DNA from: Lama guanicoe
Lineage: Eukaryota
Assembly: GCA_013239625.1 (NCBI GenBank)
Contig: MU054212.1
Span: 6,236,270-6,300,269 of the forward strand
Length of the DNA stretch: 64,000 nt
Direction: 5' to 3'
The notes under the pieces were generated by a model. The model made no database searches, was not told where the DNA came from, and saw nothing but the letters and a program-made list of their open reading frames with translations. Shown here one piece after another: positions 12,501 through 23,732 of this stretch. The first letter of the stretch is position 1, and every line of letters begins with the position of its first letter. Both the position numbers and the translations under genes were made by a program.

Positions 12501-15500
12501 CTTTTTTCCATGCTTGAAAACTAACGTCTATAGTAAGAAAACGGTGATCGAGTGTTGCTTTTTTCATAAACTACCTGCTCCAAGAACTGCATTTAAATGC
12601 CCTGCAGACAGTGCCCTGCAGACAGTGGTGAATAAGTGGAAATACAGTGTCCAAAGACACGCTCTCCTGCAGCCAGTCTCTGTTTCCTCAGGTCTGCTTT
12701 TGTCTTCCTGACAGGTGCTGGCTTCTTCATGCATTTCAACAGGAGCTCCGTAAATGAGGGGGCCAGAGCACTGCTGGAAAGCAGGATCCTATACCCTAAA
12801 CGAGGGTTTCAGTGCTTGCAATTTTATGTGTATAACAGTGGGAGTGAAGGTGACCAGCTGAACATCTTTGTCAGGGAGTATTCCGCAGCCAGTGTGAACG
12901 GCACTCTAACCCTCGTGGAAGAAATAAAAGGTGCAATGTCAACATTCTTATTGTTGGGCTCAGAGCAAGGCAGTCTTAACGCTTTACTTAATGCAACAAC
13001 TTACGACAGGGTAGGGGCTATGGACTTACGCTTTTCAACTTAAAACTTGATCCTCCTTGTTTTATGCTGTGTTTAGGAAGCTAAAATGAGAGTCCCTTCT
13101 GTGCTACATAATATGTGACACTCGCTGAAGAAACTTTAGATCGGTCTCTGGCACTGAGGAGGTCAGTTCTTGGAGAGTAATAAAAATACAATGGGATTTG
13201 AGATTTACAAATGTTAGCCAGTATATATAAAAATAGATTTAAAAAAATTTCTTCTGTACAGCACAGGGAACTATGTTCAATGTCTTGTATTAACTTTAAT
13301 GAAAAAGAATATGAAAACAAATATATGTATGTATACGTGTGACTGAGACATTGTGCTGTACACCAGAAATTGACACATTATAACTGACTGTACTTCAATT
13401 TAAAAAAATATACAATGGAAACTAGCTTAGGCAAAATTGGAAGAGTTACTGGCTCAATGTAACTAAATTGTAGAAAAGATAAGAAAGGACGTGGCCTCAG
13501 GCAGGACCTTCCCTGTTATCTCAGATGGGCTTGGTCCATAAAACTGATGCTCTGGCTGCTTCACTTCCTAGCTTACATTTTGCCGAATGTGCCATCCGTC
13601 TGGAGAAGGGACTCTTCTAATATCTGGCTTAAAAAAAAAAAAACCCAGTGAAGGATTCTCACTGCTGTGACTTGGGTCAAATGCAGGCTCTGGAGAAGGT
13701 GCTGAGTGGAGAGCGGGCACCACTGCGACTGGACGATGCGTGCCCTTCCTTCCAGTCACGTGTCGGGGAGGTGGCTCAGGCTGACCACCAATTCAAGCAG
13801 CTGGTTCAGAAGGTTCCCCGAGGAAGGGAGGGGCTGTGAGGTGGCAACTGTATCACTGTCTGCTGCACATATGGTCCTCTTGGTTTGAATGAATTGACTA
13901 AAATCTGTTATAAAGCCTATCCACTTTATGCCATATGTCCTGCCATTTCCCCCCGTTTAACAATGAGAAACATAGATGATAGTTTCCTTCATGAACACCT
14001 ACAAGCTGAGGCTCTTAATCTTGTTTTATATATACATTTATAAAATACCACACATTATACACTAGAGTTATATGTATCTAATGCATATAATGTATATGAT
14101 TATAAGACTATATTTTAAATTATTACATAGTATACATATATATGATTATACATATATAATCTTTTTATTATTCTTTAAAATAATTTTCTGTTAATTTTTC
14201 TCTTTTTAAAATAATTAATCATTTTTTTTAGATAATTAATTTTTTTAACAGAAGTACTGAGAATTGAACCTAGGACCTCGTGCATGCTAAGCCTGCACTC
14301 TACCACTGAGCTATACCCTCCCCACCACGTGTAGCCTTTTGCATTAGCAATCTGTGGGTGTTATTACTGATCGACAGTGGCACAAAAGGTACTTAAGAAA
14401 CTTACTGAGGAGCTCAGAATTTAAACTGAAAGTACTGATAAAGGTGAAGTTGAAGCTCTCATGAAAGGTTCTTGTTCAATCTAGAGTCCTTCCATGGACA
14501 ATAACAGCATTTTCTGTAATTTGGTTATTTCTAACTTATTTTCAAAAGCAATTGTGTTTCTCATTGAGCACCAGTATGTTTAAGCCCTTGTGTCAACTAC
14601 TAGTTTGACATGGATTCCTGAGCTATTCTCTACCAGAGTGGGGGGCTTTTGAAAAATTTTAAATGGACTGCTGCTTGTTGAGGTACATTGTGGGTTTTGT
14701 CATTGGAAGCAGCCCTAAGCTAGAACCTCAACTATACAAGCAAGGTATTGCTTCTGCTTTTTACAGCAAGGAGACAGGAGTGCGGACACATAGGCGCCGG
14801 CTAGCAAAGCACATTTGTTTTTCCTAAAGGTCACAAGCGGCTGGGGTCTGTTACAATGTATTAACCCAATCATGGGCTCCCACAGTACATGGTATAAGAA
14901 AATACGACAAGATGGCACGCCACGTGCTGCTAGCTAGGGGTAGGGGATCATAGTGGAGGGGGAAGTGTGGTTTGGGGAGAAAGGAGGTGGTACCAAATAT
15001 CAGATAAATATTTGTAATGTTGAGTCCCTGGCCAGTGGTGTAAAGAGTAAATTGGAGGATGTGGACTTTCTAGGGTTTGATGAATTCCTGCTTAATACTG
15101 CCCAAAAGCTGATTGAGAATTTTGCATGTGAAGGAAGTGTTGCCATCAAAGTATAAATCGTTTAAAGACGGCTTTGGCTGAGAATCACAGGAATCTGGGC
15201 CACAAGGGTAGGGTATTGAGCTTGCTTGTCTGTTTAACTAACTGAATGGGAGGTAACTGGTCAGGAGGGCACGGAGTATTCATGAGTTAGGTGTTCTTGT
15301 TTGCTCACCCTTCTCTGGGAAAGGGTGACTTCTCTGAGAAACAACATCCAGATATTCCAGGGAGCGGCCCCGCCTCACAGAAGTACCTCGAAGTAAATAG
15401 GCCTGGGCTGGAGGAGTGAGAAATCCACCCCTCGCACCTGCAGGAAGCAGTAGCCCCAGGAAGGTCATTTGTCCGTGAAGGTGAGAGCCTGTTGATTGGC

Positions 15501-18500
15501 ACATGATTCATCGTCCTTTGCCTTCTTTGAAATAATTATGTCTCTTTTGCAGATATACCCATTGGGAGCTGGCAACTTCGCCACGTAACTCTGAATGTGA
15601 CCAACAAATTTCGAGTGGTGTTCGGAGGGGTCAGAGGTGCTGGGGCCTCACTGGGTGGCCTGTCTATTGATGACATCAATCTTTCGGAAACACAGTGCCC
15701 CCATCACACCTGGCATATAAGGAATTTCACTCAGCTCCTCAACAGTTCCAATAGCTCTCACTTCAGCCCTCCATTTTATTCTTCTAAAGGTTATGCCTTT
15801 CAGGTTTCCCTGAAACTAACGAATTTGACTAACGTAGGAATATATTTCCACTTGATCTCTGGAGCCAATGACGATCAATTACAGTGGCCATGTCCTTGGC
15901 AACAAGCCACGATGACAATCTTGGATCAAAACCCTGACATTCGACGGCGTATGTCCAGGGAGCTGAGTATCACGACAGAGCCATTTATGATCAGCGGTTC
16001 GTGACTCATCTTCTTAATTGCTCACACACAATCATTGCTCTAAGAGGGATGCGTGATTTGGGCATGGAAGGCTGCAGAGTCAGTACCTAGGGAACTCTGA
16101 GCCCCAAATCTTAGGATCGGAAGATAGCTAGGGGAAAGGCTTCAGCAGCTGTGGACAGCGTCTCCCAGGCAGGAGGCTGTCAGGAAAGCCAGCAGGGATG
16201 CCCACACACTGGGAAGATACTGACTGTACTCCTGGGGATTGATGACGGGACCTGAATTTCCAGGATTTGCAAGGAGGGTTGGCTTTAGAGCCTGACACGC
16301 CTGGATCAAGTCCAAGTTTGGTGTCTCCTTAGCTCTGTGAACGTGAGCAGGTAATCCCGTGGAACCTCAGTGTCCTCAGCAGTAAAACTGAGGCAGTAGT
16401 AACAACCCCACAGACGTGTTTTAAATATCTCTGCAGATCAAGTGTGGAAGCTTGTGCAAGGGTCTGAATGTGAAGACACCCTCAGATGTTGAGTTTTCCT
16501 AAGCCATGCGGTCCTGGTCTTGCCCCTGGAATGATCAGAAACAGTTCAGCTTTTGTCGTGGGGGGTGGATTGTGATCAGAAGGAAGATGTTGAGTAGATG
16601 CTCTGTAGTGCTGGGAAGGGTGTGAGAATGGGCCGTAACTTCTTATTAAGAAGTTCTGGAGGGCTTGCCGATGGTGACATCACTCCCTGGCTTTCCAGTC
16701 TCAGAACAGAAAGCAATGATTACATTTCTAACTGTAATAATCCTTTGCCCTCTGGGCACCTAATAAAGGAAAAAATAGAATTATGGCAAGGTGAACATTA
16801 TTGCCAAATCTGAATTCTGTATATGAAAAGAATGGACCTAAGTGACATGGGCAAAAAAAAAAAGCCCTAATCTGATAGGAAAATAAATATATATATATTG
16901 ACAAAGAGGACTGTAGGGATTTGATGTTCAGAATTTCTTTACTTTTTTCCAAAACATTTCTCCCTGAATGACATTGAGAAGCGCTTGGGGTTGGGTGGGT
17001 CGCCCCTTTTCTCAGAAGCACTGCCTCTCACTGTTTCTACCCCTGAAGGACTTTGCTCTATGAGGTGAGTAATTCAGTTAATGAGATAGATTTTTCTACA
17101 CTAATATTAAAAACTCTCTCAGTAACACATTGATTTAACTCAGTTACAAAGACTCTCTGTAACTCAGAAGGCCACTAAAGAATGATTCTAATGGGCAGAA
17201 GAGTTTCTACACGGGTCGGTCACCACCTAGGAAACTTCTGGTACCACTCCACTCGTATTCCAGAATGTGGTCCTCGCTGCCACACAATCTCATTTCCTTT
17301 AGGACAGAACACGTGAACAAGCTCCTGTGACTGGCCAGGGAATACATTACAGGTCCATAGCATCATTTAATTATTTTGCGCTCTATCCTAATTGTGTTTC
17401 ACATTGCCTGTGCTTTCCTACCACCAAAAGCTATGATGACGTTAAATACAATCCATTAATATAAATTGCTTTTTCAGGTAATGGAAACTATTTTTGGGAC
17501 AGGCCTTCCAAAGTGGGAGGAAAAGCTTTTTTCTCTAATGGAACTCAGTTTCGAAGAGGTGGGGGCTATGGATCCAGTACCTTTATGACCCTGGAGCAGC
17601 TGAAAGGCAGAGATTTTATAAAAGGAAATGATGTTTATATCCTACTGACAGTGGAAGGTATGTCAATAAAAATAGTTTTATCTAAGCTATTTTTTTGGTG
17701 ACCCTTGATTATTTTCTGTGTTTTTCTGGATTCTATTTTTAGATATATTAGCGATGTGGGAGGAAATGGGTATGAGTGGGTTTTGTTTTTTGGTATGAAT
17801 CATAAACAATATGAAAATAATTTAAATGGAAACAGTGACAGCTCCAGGATAAGGAATTTAATTATCACTACATAGAGCAATAGTGGAAAGCTTTAGCCCA
17901 GAAAACTTCTTTAGAAATAACTTAAAGAATAAGCCATTTTGTGGGGGAGGATATAGCTCAAGTCGTGGAGCGCATGCCTAGCGTGCACAAGGTCCTGGGT
18001 TCAATCCCTAGTACCTCCTCTAAAAAGAAATAAACCTAATTACCTCTCTCCCCCACCTCCCTGCCAAAAAACAAAACAAAACAAAAAACCCAAAACAAAA
18101 GGGAAAAAAGCATAGCCATTTTACCCTAGAATTTAGGATTCCAGAAGTAAAAATATCACACAAGCACATTAAAATTAAACTGGAAATGGACAGTCTTTAT
18201 CAAATATGTATACATACACAGATGTGCACGCACATATATCTTGCCTGTAATAACATTAATCTATTGCCTTCTAAAATTTCTTAGCTGTAGCAACCGCAAA
18301 ATACATTTTCCAGGAATGCTGGTGGCTTTTCATCTTTTATGTGGTAGGATTTTAACTCATTTCCTATCAGAGACCCACTTGCATCTCAGTAAATCAGAAT
18401 CTTTTTTGTGATGAAAGATGGTGTGAATAAAACCCATGAATTTTGACGTCAGTGTCAATGAGAGTAAATCTAGGCGATACATCTTGGAAAAAATTATTCA

Positions 18501-21500
18501 GAAATAACTTTTGCCAAGGGAGGAAAAAATGTATCAGGGACAAAGTCATATACTCATCAAGTCTTTTGGACCGTGTTTGGACCAGAAGTAACAGAAAACA
18601 CCACCAAGAGTGCAACCCTGGTCGTTAGGGGACCAAATATCCACCAACCTGCTCCACCAGGCAAGAGACTCATGACCTTGGGCAAGCCCCTCAGGTGCCT
18701 TGCATTTCTGAGCTTTGGTTTCCCTGTCGGTCTCTTAGGGCTGGGAATGCGGGTGTGGACCATTTCTTCAAGCTTAGGCAAGCCCAGGCCCAGGCAAGCA
18801 TGTGTTCCCTTGTAGTCCCCTTGGCTGACCCAGCTCCCCACTGTGTCGAGATTTCAACCTGCCTGTTTATTATTTCACTGCCTATGAATGTTGCGAAATG
18901 ATGCTTTAAGATGACTTGAGTTTCTCACAAGCCTGAATCCTGGGCATCTATTTTGAAACTTAAAGATCAAATACTTGTTAACGTCCAAACTGATCTCCCT
19001 TCATGCTCTCCTCCCGCCCTCTGTAGACATATCCCACCTTAATTCTACACAAAGTCAGCCAGTCCCGACCTTCAGCAGCGATGACCTTTGCGCAAGCTTC
19101 CGATGTGAGAATGACGGTATCTGCATTGTCCGAGAAGGCAATGCTGAGTGCAGGTAAGGATCAGAGTTGCTCGACTTTTTGCCATTCCCACAATGTAGGA
19201 TTCAGTACTGATATTCCACTTGAATGAAATCAGTTGATTTTCATCTCAAAACCATTCATAGGATATTTATTTTTTGCTCTCCATGTGGGACTTCAGGTAG
19301 CCACAGAACAATGAAATTATTTATGCACAGGTAGCACGTCATATTCTAATTGCTTGAAACAGTCTTCATGAGTTACCTGTTTTATTAAGTCCTCACAAAG
19401 GTCTAGTGCAGTTAAGTGGGACTATCCCCATCTTCTAGAAGGAGATGCCTAAGCTTTGAGAAGAGCTTGGCCACAGTCATAGCTGGGACATGGAGGGACT
19501 GGGACACTGAGGACCAAATTTTCTCCACTACTGACGCTCCGTTCCTGTCCCAGCTTGGAGCTGCAGTTTTAAGTCCCAGAACTGGAGTAATTCCATTGTT
19601 CCTTTCTGTTGGCCCTGCCTGGCCTCCTGTGCTAGACTAACCAAACCCTCTAGTCCAGAGTCGATGACAAATAATCCCATCTGTTCATGACCTGAGTGTT
19701 GACCCACCTCTTCAGCTGTGGAGATTTTCAGGTTTAAGTATCAACCCATAACTGTGGGTCACATTCGGAATGTGCAGGTGTCCGTCGGGGGAAGACTGGT
19801 GGTACGTGGGAGAAAGGTGTGAACAGAGAGGCTCCAGACGAGACACCATCATTATTGCTGTTTCTTCCACGGCTGCCATGTTTGCCCTGATGCTGATAAT
19901 CACCCTCATCAGTGTCTACTTTACCCGGAAGAAGTATCGTACAAAGACAAGTTCAAACACAGCAAATACGACTCTGGAAAATGTAAGTTGAATCTGATAT
20001 CTGGTAATTCAACACTTATTGATGAAATCATATGATAAAAAATTAGGACTTAAAAATTTTGTTTTCTATTATATTTATTTATTTATTTTATTTTTTTAAA
20101 CTTTTTTTTACTGAGTTATAGTCATTTTAGAATGTTGTGTCAAATTCCAGTGTAGAGCACAATTTTTCAGTTATACATGAACATGTATAATTCATTGTCA
20201 CATTCTCTTTCACTGTGAGCCATCACAAGATCCTGTATATATTTCCCTGTGCTACACAGTACAATCTTGTTTATCTATTCTACATTTTGAAATCCCAGTC
20301 TGTCCCTTCCCATCCTCCAGGATTTTTTTTTATATCTTAAAAAAAAAAAAAACTCTTGGGAGGAGGGGTGGGTATAGTTCATTGGTAGAGCACATGCTTA
20401 GCATGCTTGAGGACCTCGGTTCAATTCCCAGTACCTCCATTAAAACAAAAACAAACTCTATTTCTTATGCGCTGGGGACAATGGCTTTGAGACTATGAGT
20501 GCCTGTAACCTTTACTACAAATCAATGGTTCTTAAATTGGGATCCATGGAGGCTTTGGGGGGAAAGTTTATTATCCTCTCGGAACTGAATTCAGAATTGT
20601 GTATAGTGCACACTTTTTTCTGGGGTAGGGGTCCCTGACCCTCCTGAAGTCTAACCTGATTTTGCCTACACGTTTCAACCTTCCTGGTTAAGGGAAGAGG
20701 TGACCTGTAAATGTTTTGGTTCTAAGGGTCGAGCTCAGGCTTGTAGGAAGGGAGTGCTAGGCACGTGCAGGGCTTTTCCATTAAAGAAGATTCCAACCTA
20801 TTCTGGCTGCAGGCGTGGTAGCTATCTAAGGCAAGATTTTCAAGTAGAAGGTTTAGTCTTGCCTCAGAAGTTCTCTATAATGGCAATAGACTTTTTTTTT
20901 TCTCGAGTTTTTGTTGGGGGAGGTAATTAGGTTTGTTTGTTTACTGAATTGAACCCAGGACCTCGTGCATGCTAAGCACATACCACTGAACTATACCCTC
21001 CCCCGCAACAGCAACAGACTCTTGAAAGTACTCTATCTCAGATGGGTTTGGGAGGCAGACTCTGAGATGAGTATTTGCATGCAAGATGTTTACCTGGATG
21101 TGCTCTTGGGAACACCTGTGATGGAGTGAGGGAAGCTGGCAGGCAGAGGGTGAGACTGGACTGTGATATGGCTGTAGCTGACACCTTGGCACCCCCTAAG
21201 GGAGCTCTGGAGCTGGGATGGCCCCTTAGGGTGTCCTGAATTGAAGGGGCCAGGCCGTTGTCCTTCCCACATCAACAGCCACTGGATTGGGGCTATCCCC
21301 AGAGAGGGAGGAGAAGATTAAGCAAGGCGGCAGGCTGTGTGGGAAGGGCATGTCCTACAGGAAAGCCTTCATCCTGAAGGGCAGGACTAAGCAGAGAGCC
21401 CCAGGGTGCACTGCATACCCCAGTCTCAGAGCGCAGTTCCACAAGCAGATTCATATTCTTACTCACAAAAGAGCATGAAGAAAATAGCATAACATCTGAT

Positions 21501-22861
21501 CACTTAAAAGTGAAACTTAAAAATCCTTTCAGTTCTATTTCATTCAAAACAGAGTCTCTGAAAATTACTAGCAAAACTGAAGAAGAAACATGCCCAGAGG
21601 GGAGGGTATAGCTCAGTGGTAGAGCGCATGCTTAGCGTGCACAGGGTCCTGGGTTCAATCCCCAGTACCATCATTAAACAAACAAACAAACAAACAAACA
21701 AACAAACAAACAATTAAAACTAATAACCACCCCCCCAAAAAAACAAAAAAAAAAAGAGAGAGAGAATAAATAAACAAAAAAACCCATGTCCAACAGCCAA
21801 GGCATGGAAGCAACCTAAATGTCCATTCGCAGATGACTGGATAACAATCTTGTGGTATATATACACAATGGAACACTACTCAGCCATAAAAAAGAACGAA
21901 ATAATGCCATTTGCAGCACCATGGTTGGATCTGGAGATTATTGTACTAAGTGAAGTAAGCCAGACAGAAAAAGACAAATACCATATGATATCACTTATGT
22001 GTGGAATCTAAAAAAATGACACAAATGAACTTATTTGCAAAACAGAAATAGACTCACAGACATAGAAAACAAACTTGTGGTTACTGGGGGGGAAGGGGAG
22101 GAGGGATAAACTGGAAGTCTGGGATTTGTTGATACACACTACTATATATAAAATAGATAAACAACAAGGTCCTACTGTATAGCACAGGGGACTGTATTTA
22201 ATATTTGGCTGGGGTAGGGAAGATGAAGGAGTAGTTAGGGAAGGGAGGACCAGTTAGCTGGTGGATGGGACTGCCAGGATATTCCTGGAAACTGGAAGAT
22301 GTAAGTGCTGTTACAAAGGCTGACTTAGCGAGCTAAAACTGGAGTTAAAGAAAATGATAAAACTAAGAGAAGAGAAGGAAGTTAATTTAATAAAGGAGTG
22401 CACTGTTGGACATGGTAGGGCCACTAAGTGGAAACAGCCACCCACACCCACACCCACTGTAATATCACAACATAACTGTTCGCCTCTGGGTCGTTTAAAC
22501 ACATTCCCAAGAGCAAGGAATCAACTTACATTTTCCTTAGTTGAGGCATTGCTACAGCTAACTCACTGATCACAGAACCTCCAGATCGCGTTTAGATCTT
22601 AAGCCAGAATGACCTTCTTTCTGAGGCCGACACGTTTGTTCACCCTAATGTTTTAGCATCTGAATGACTGGCTAGTCCAGCGCATCTTCCTGGAGACGGA
22701 GGCTGGGGCTGCCTGCCGGCTGGGAGGAGTGCCAGGAGACCACAAACGGCACTTCATTTAAAAATCAGACCGTTTTGTTGTGATTCGTTTCAATGCCAGT
22801 TTTTAAATTTAGAAATTAAGTCATCAATCGTCCTTCCCCCTTTTAGCAATACGCACTTTGA
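533..22861 (+). CDS. MEP1B: Meprin A subunit beta, spliced CDS (exons 2-15; signal-peptide exon 1 is upstream of the window)
   Basis: Exons of 19,45,44,79,118,179,219,153,216,444,180,127,205 and 15 nt with GT-AG ends join in frame. Motifs: [21 protein letters not shown] zinc site, SVMHY Met-turn, MAM, MATH (WPCPWQQ), EGF and TM. No meprin-alpha-type inserted domain, and the GAREM1 neighbour fits MEP1B. Confidence 0.98.
1390..1434 (+). CDS. MEP1B: MEP1B exon 3 (propeptide [15 protein letters not shown])
   Basis: ttaaag|AT...GAAG|gtttgt; 45 nt. Confidence 0.93.
1519..1562 (+). CDS. MEP1B: MEP1B exon 4 ([15 protein letters not shown]; astacin aspartate-switch FEGDI)
   Basis: ctctcag|AG...GAG|gtgagt; 44 nt. 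Confidence 0.95.
2200..2789 (-). mobile_element. L1 3'-end fragment
   Basis: Typical L1 3'UTR (ccatccacattgctgcaaatggcatgatttc) with T-rich tail; similar copies elsewhere in the window. Confidence 0.8.
2795..3800 (+). mobile_element. Old L2 LINE fragment, interrupted by an L1
   Basis: L2-like text ending in tgaatgcattaatgaa. Confidence 0.6.
3271..3522 (-). mobile_element. Truncated lineage-specific L1 with probable 3' transduction
   Basis: 13-bp TSD ccatttc(g/a)cttta at 3258-3270 and 3523-3535. Confidence 0.75.
4219..4297 (+). CDS. MEP1B: MEP1B exon 5 ([26 protein letters not shown]; activation site R-N)
   Basis: ttgacag|GTG...TTGG|gtttgt; 79 nt. Confidence 0.96.
5060..6090 (-). mobile_element. 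Degenerate L2 fragments
   Basis: Purine-rich text resembling antisense L2. Confidence 0.5.
6385..6897 (+). mobile_element. Tigger2/MER8-like TcMar DNA transposon fragment
   Basis: Internal tatgtgaaggtggtctctctctcagaatatcttactgtac and terminal gaaaccacagataagggggactac. Confidence 0.75.
7842..7959 (+). CDS. MEP1B: MEP1B exon 6 (astacin domain, [26 protein letters not shown]...)
   Basis: ccttcag|GA...AGCGG|gtaagg; 118 nt. Confidence 0.97.
8689..8867 (+). CDS. MEP1B: MEP1B exon 7 (zinc-binding [11 protein letters not shown])
   Basis: ctggaag|CTGC...ACAA|gtacac; 179 nt. Confidence 0.96.
9086..9372. mobile_element. hAT-Charlie-type MITE
   Basis: Terminal inverted repeats CAGTGTTTCCCA ... TGAGAAACACTG. 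Confidence 0.65.
10422..10640 (+). CDS. MEP1B: MEP1B exon 8 ([11 protein letters not shown]et-turn, IGQRMDFS)
   Basis: catttag|AC...TGTA|gtatgt; 219 nt; not in the ORF track, translated by hand. Confidence 0.97.
11259..11411 (+). CDS. MEP1B: MEP1B exon 9 (MAM domain start)
   Basis: ttcgcag|CC...AAAG|gtaaca; 153 nt; [14 protein letters not shown]. Confidence 0.97.
12132..12390 (+). mobile_element. L1MA-like 3' end
   Basis: gagatctaatgtacagcacagtg...tatatttcaataaaa. Confidence 0.7.
12715..12930 (+). CDS. MEP1B: MEP1B exon 10 (MAM domain)
   Basis: ctgacag|GT...AAAG|gtgcaa; 216 nt; [18 protein letters not shown]. Confidence 0.97.
13195..13408 (+). mobile_element. Short lineage-specific L1 3' end
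   Basis: Flanked by an atacaatgg duplication; A tail. Confidence 0.75.
14215..14323 (-). mobile_element. tRNA-Ala-derived SINE (vic-1-like)
   Basis: Reverse complement of ggggagggtatagctcagtggtagag...ggttcaat. Confidence 0.85.
15553..15996 (+). CDS. MEP1B: MEP1B exon 11 (MAM end, MATH/TRAF domain)
   Basis: tttgcag|AT...AGCG|gttcgt; 444 nt. Confidence 0.97.
17478..17657 (+). CDS. MEP1B: MEP1B exon 12 (MATH domain end)
   Basis: ttttcag|GT...GAAG|gtatgt; 180 nt; [10 protein letters not shown]. Confidence 0.97.
17943..18110 (+). mobile_element. tRNA-Ala-derived SINE (vic-1-like)
   Basis: A/B boxes, aaacctaattacctc tail; TSD agccatttt. Confidence 0.88.
19027..19153 (+). CDS. MEP1B: MEP1B exon 13 (stalk, EGF-like domain)
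   Basis: ctgtag|AC...GCAG|gtaagg; 127 nt; [16 protein letters not shown]. Confidence 0.96.
19778..19982 (+). CDS. MEP1B: MEP1B exon 14 (EGF end, transmembrane helix, cytoplasmic tail)
   Basis: tgtgcag|GTG...AAT|gtaagt; 205 nt; [25 protein letters not shown] then TRKKYR. Confidence 0.96.
20085..20320 (-). mobile_element. Lineage-specific L1 3' end
   Basis: Closely similar to the copy at 29992-30242. Confidence 0.75.
20358..20458 (+). mobile_element. tRNA-Ala-derived SINE (vic-1-like)
   Basis: tRNA-like head; aaactct flanking duplication. Confidence 0.85.
20893..21005 (-). mobile_element. tRNA-Ala-derived SINE (vic-1-like)
   Basis: Reverse-strand head; gcaa(t/c)agact flanking duplication. 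Confidence 0.85.
21035..21430. mobile_element. Old ERVL/MaLR-type LTR
   Basis: cagactctgagatgagtatttgcatgcaag...gagctctggagctgggatggcccc resembles ancient ERVL-class LTRs; family uncertain. Confidence 0.55.
21599..21782 (+). mobile_element. tRNA-Ala-derived SINE with (AAAC)n tail
   Basis: Intact A box TAGCTCAGTGG and B box GGTTCAATCC; AGC anticodon remnant. Confidence 0.9.
21790..22205 (+). mobile_element. L1 ORF2 end / 3'UTR fragment
   Basis: atggaagcaacctaaatgtccatt...aatggaacactactcagccataaaaaagaa. Confidence 0.88.
22847..22861 (+). CDS. MEP1B: MEP1B exon 15 coding part (QYAL*)
   Basis: ccttcccccttttag|CAA TAC GCA CTT TGA; corresponds to the human QHAF* terminus as recalled. Confidence 0.9.
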   Translation, partial: QYAL

Positions 22862-23057
22862 AGATTAACTCAGCAACACGGCCGGCAAAAGACATGAGAG
22901 AGTCTTCATCATGGTTTCACCTGCAAACTATTACAGCCACCTCATCCTTCTCTCCGTGGGTCTTCTCTGTAAATAGCTGGATATACTGGAAGTCATTATT
23001 TTGGTAAAAGTCTGATTGGTGAAATGGTGCTTGTGTTTTCGTTTTTAAAGGAGGGGA

Positions 23058-23063
23058 ATTAAA
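23058..23063 (+). terminator. MEP1B: Probable MEP1B polyadenylation signal (ATTAAA)
   Basis: ATTAAA ~200 nt after the stop codon. Confidence 0.55.
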
Positions 23064-23593
23064 GATAAAAATATATAAAGGAGGGGAGGCAATTCAGATT
23101 CTTCTGGAAGCATAATATTGTCTGTAAGACGGAGAGCAAAAACTAGGGCTATCTTCCCAAATTACTGATCCTTCTCTCTGGGGGCCAAGCTTAGTGGCCT
23201 CTCAAGTGATTCCCTAGAATCTCACTGGAAACAGCCAGCGGGAAGGAGCTTCCATGTGGAATCTCAGCAGTTCCAGGCTGTCCTGTCCTGATGTAGGGAG
23301 GGGCAGAGGACTACCCCTTTTCTCCCTGGGGGCATGTATTCCTCCCCCTAAAAGTGGCCATTCTCTTGTTTTCTTACAGAAGTCCTTGGGTATGTGGGTT
23401 TGCTTTAGAATTTGTTAGAACATGCAACTACAGTGAACAAGCAAACTTTAAATTCCAAGAACAGTTCTCAGAGTTTCGGGTTTCAGGAGCCTTTAAAAGT
23501 CTTAGAAATTATTGAGGGCCCTGAGAGCTTTTGTTTATGGATATTACATTGACCAATTCTTACTGAATTAGAAATTCAAACAAATAAAGTGTA

Positions 23594-23732
23594 GGGGGAG
23601 GGTATAGCTCAAGTGGTAGAGCACATGCTCACCACGCATGAGGTCCTGGGTTCAGTCCCCAGTACCTCCTCTAAGGATAAATCAATGAGTAACCCTAAAT
23701 ACCTCCCCTCACTACAAAAAAAGAAAAAAAAA
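23594..23732 (+). mobile_element. tRNA-Ala-derived SINE (vic-1-like)
   Basis: gggggagggtatagctcaagtggtagag head. Confidence 0.88.

Noticed and set aside
12680..12691. Alternative acceptor tgtttcctcag 23 nt upstream of exon 10
   Set aside because: Would frameshift; the acceptor at 12714 keeps the frame and expected exon size.
19983..19991. MEP1B ending ENVS* by read-through into intron 14
   Set aside because: A strong GTAAGT donor and a matching terminal exon (QYAL*) exist.
21599..21670. tRNA-Ala(AGC)-like sequence with intact A/B boxes (and ~12 similar copies)
   Set aside because: Multi-copy with SINE tails, TSDs and disrupted stems; these are SINEs, not tRNA genes.
533..22861. MEP1B as a pseudogene, given several unusual substitutions
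   Set aside because: No frameshift or premature stop; all splice sites are GT-AG; catalytic residues and cysteines are retained.
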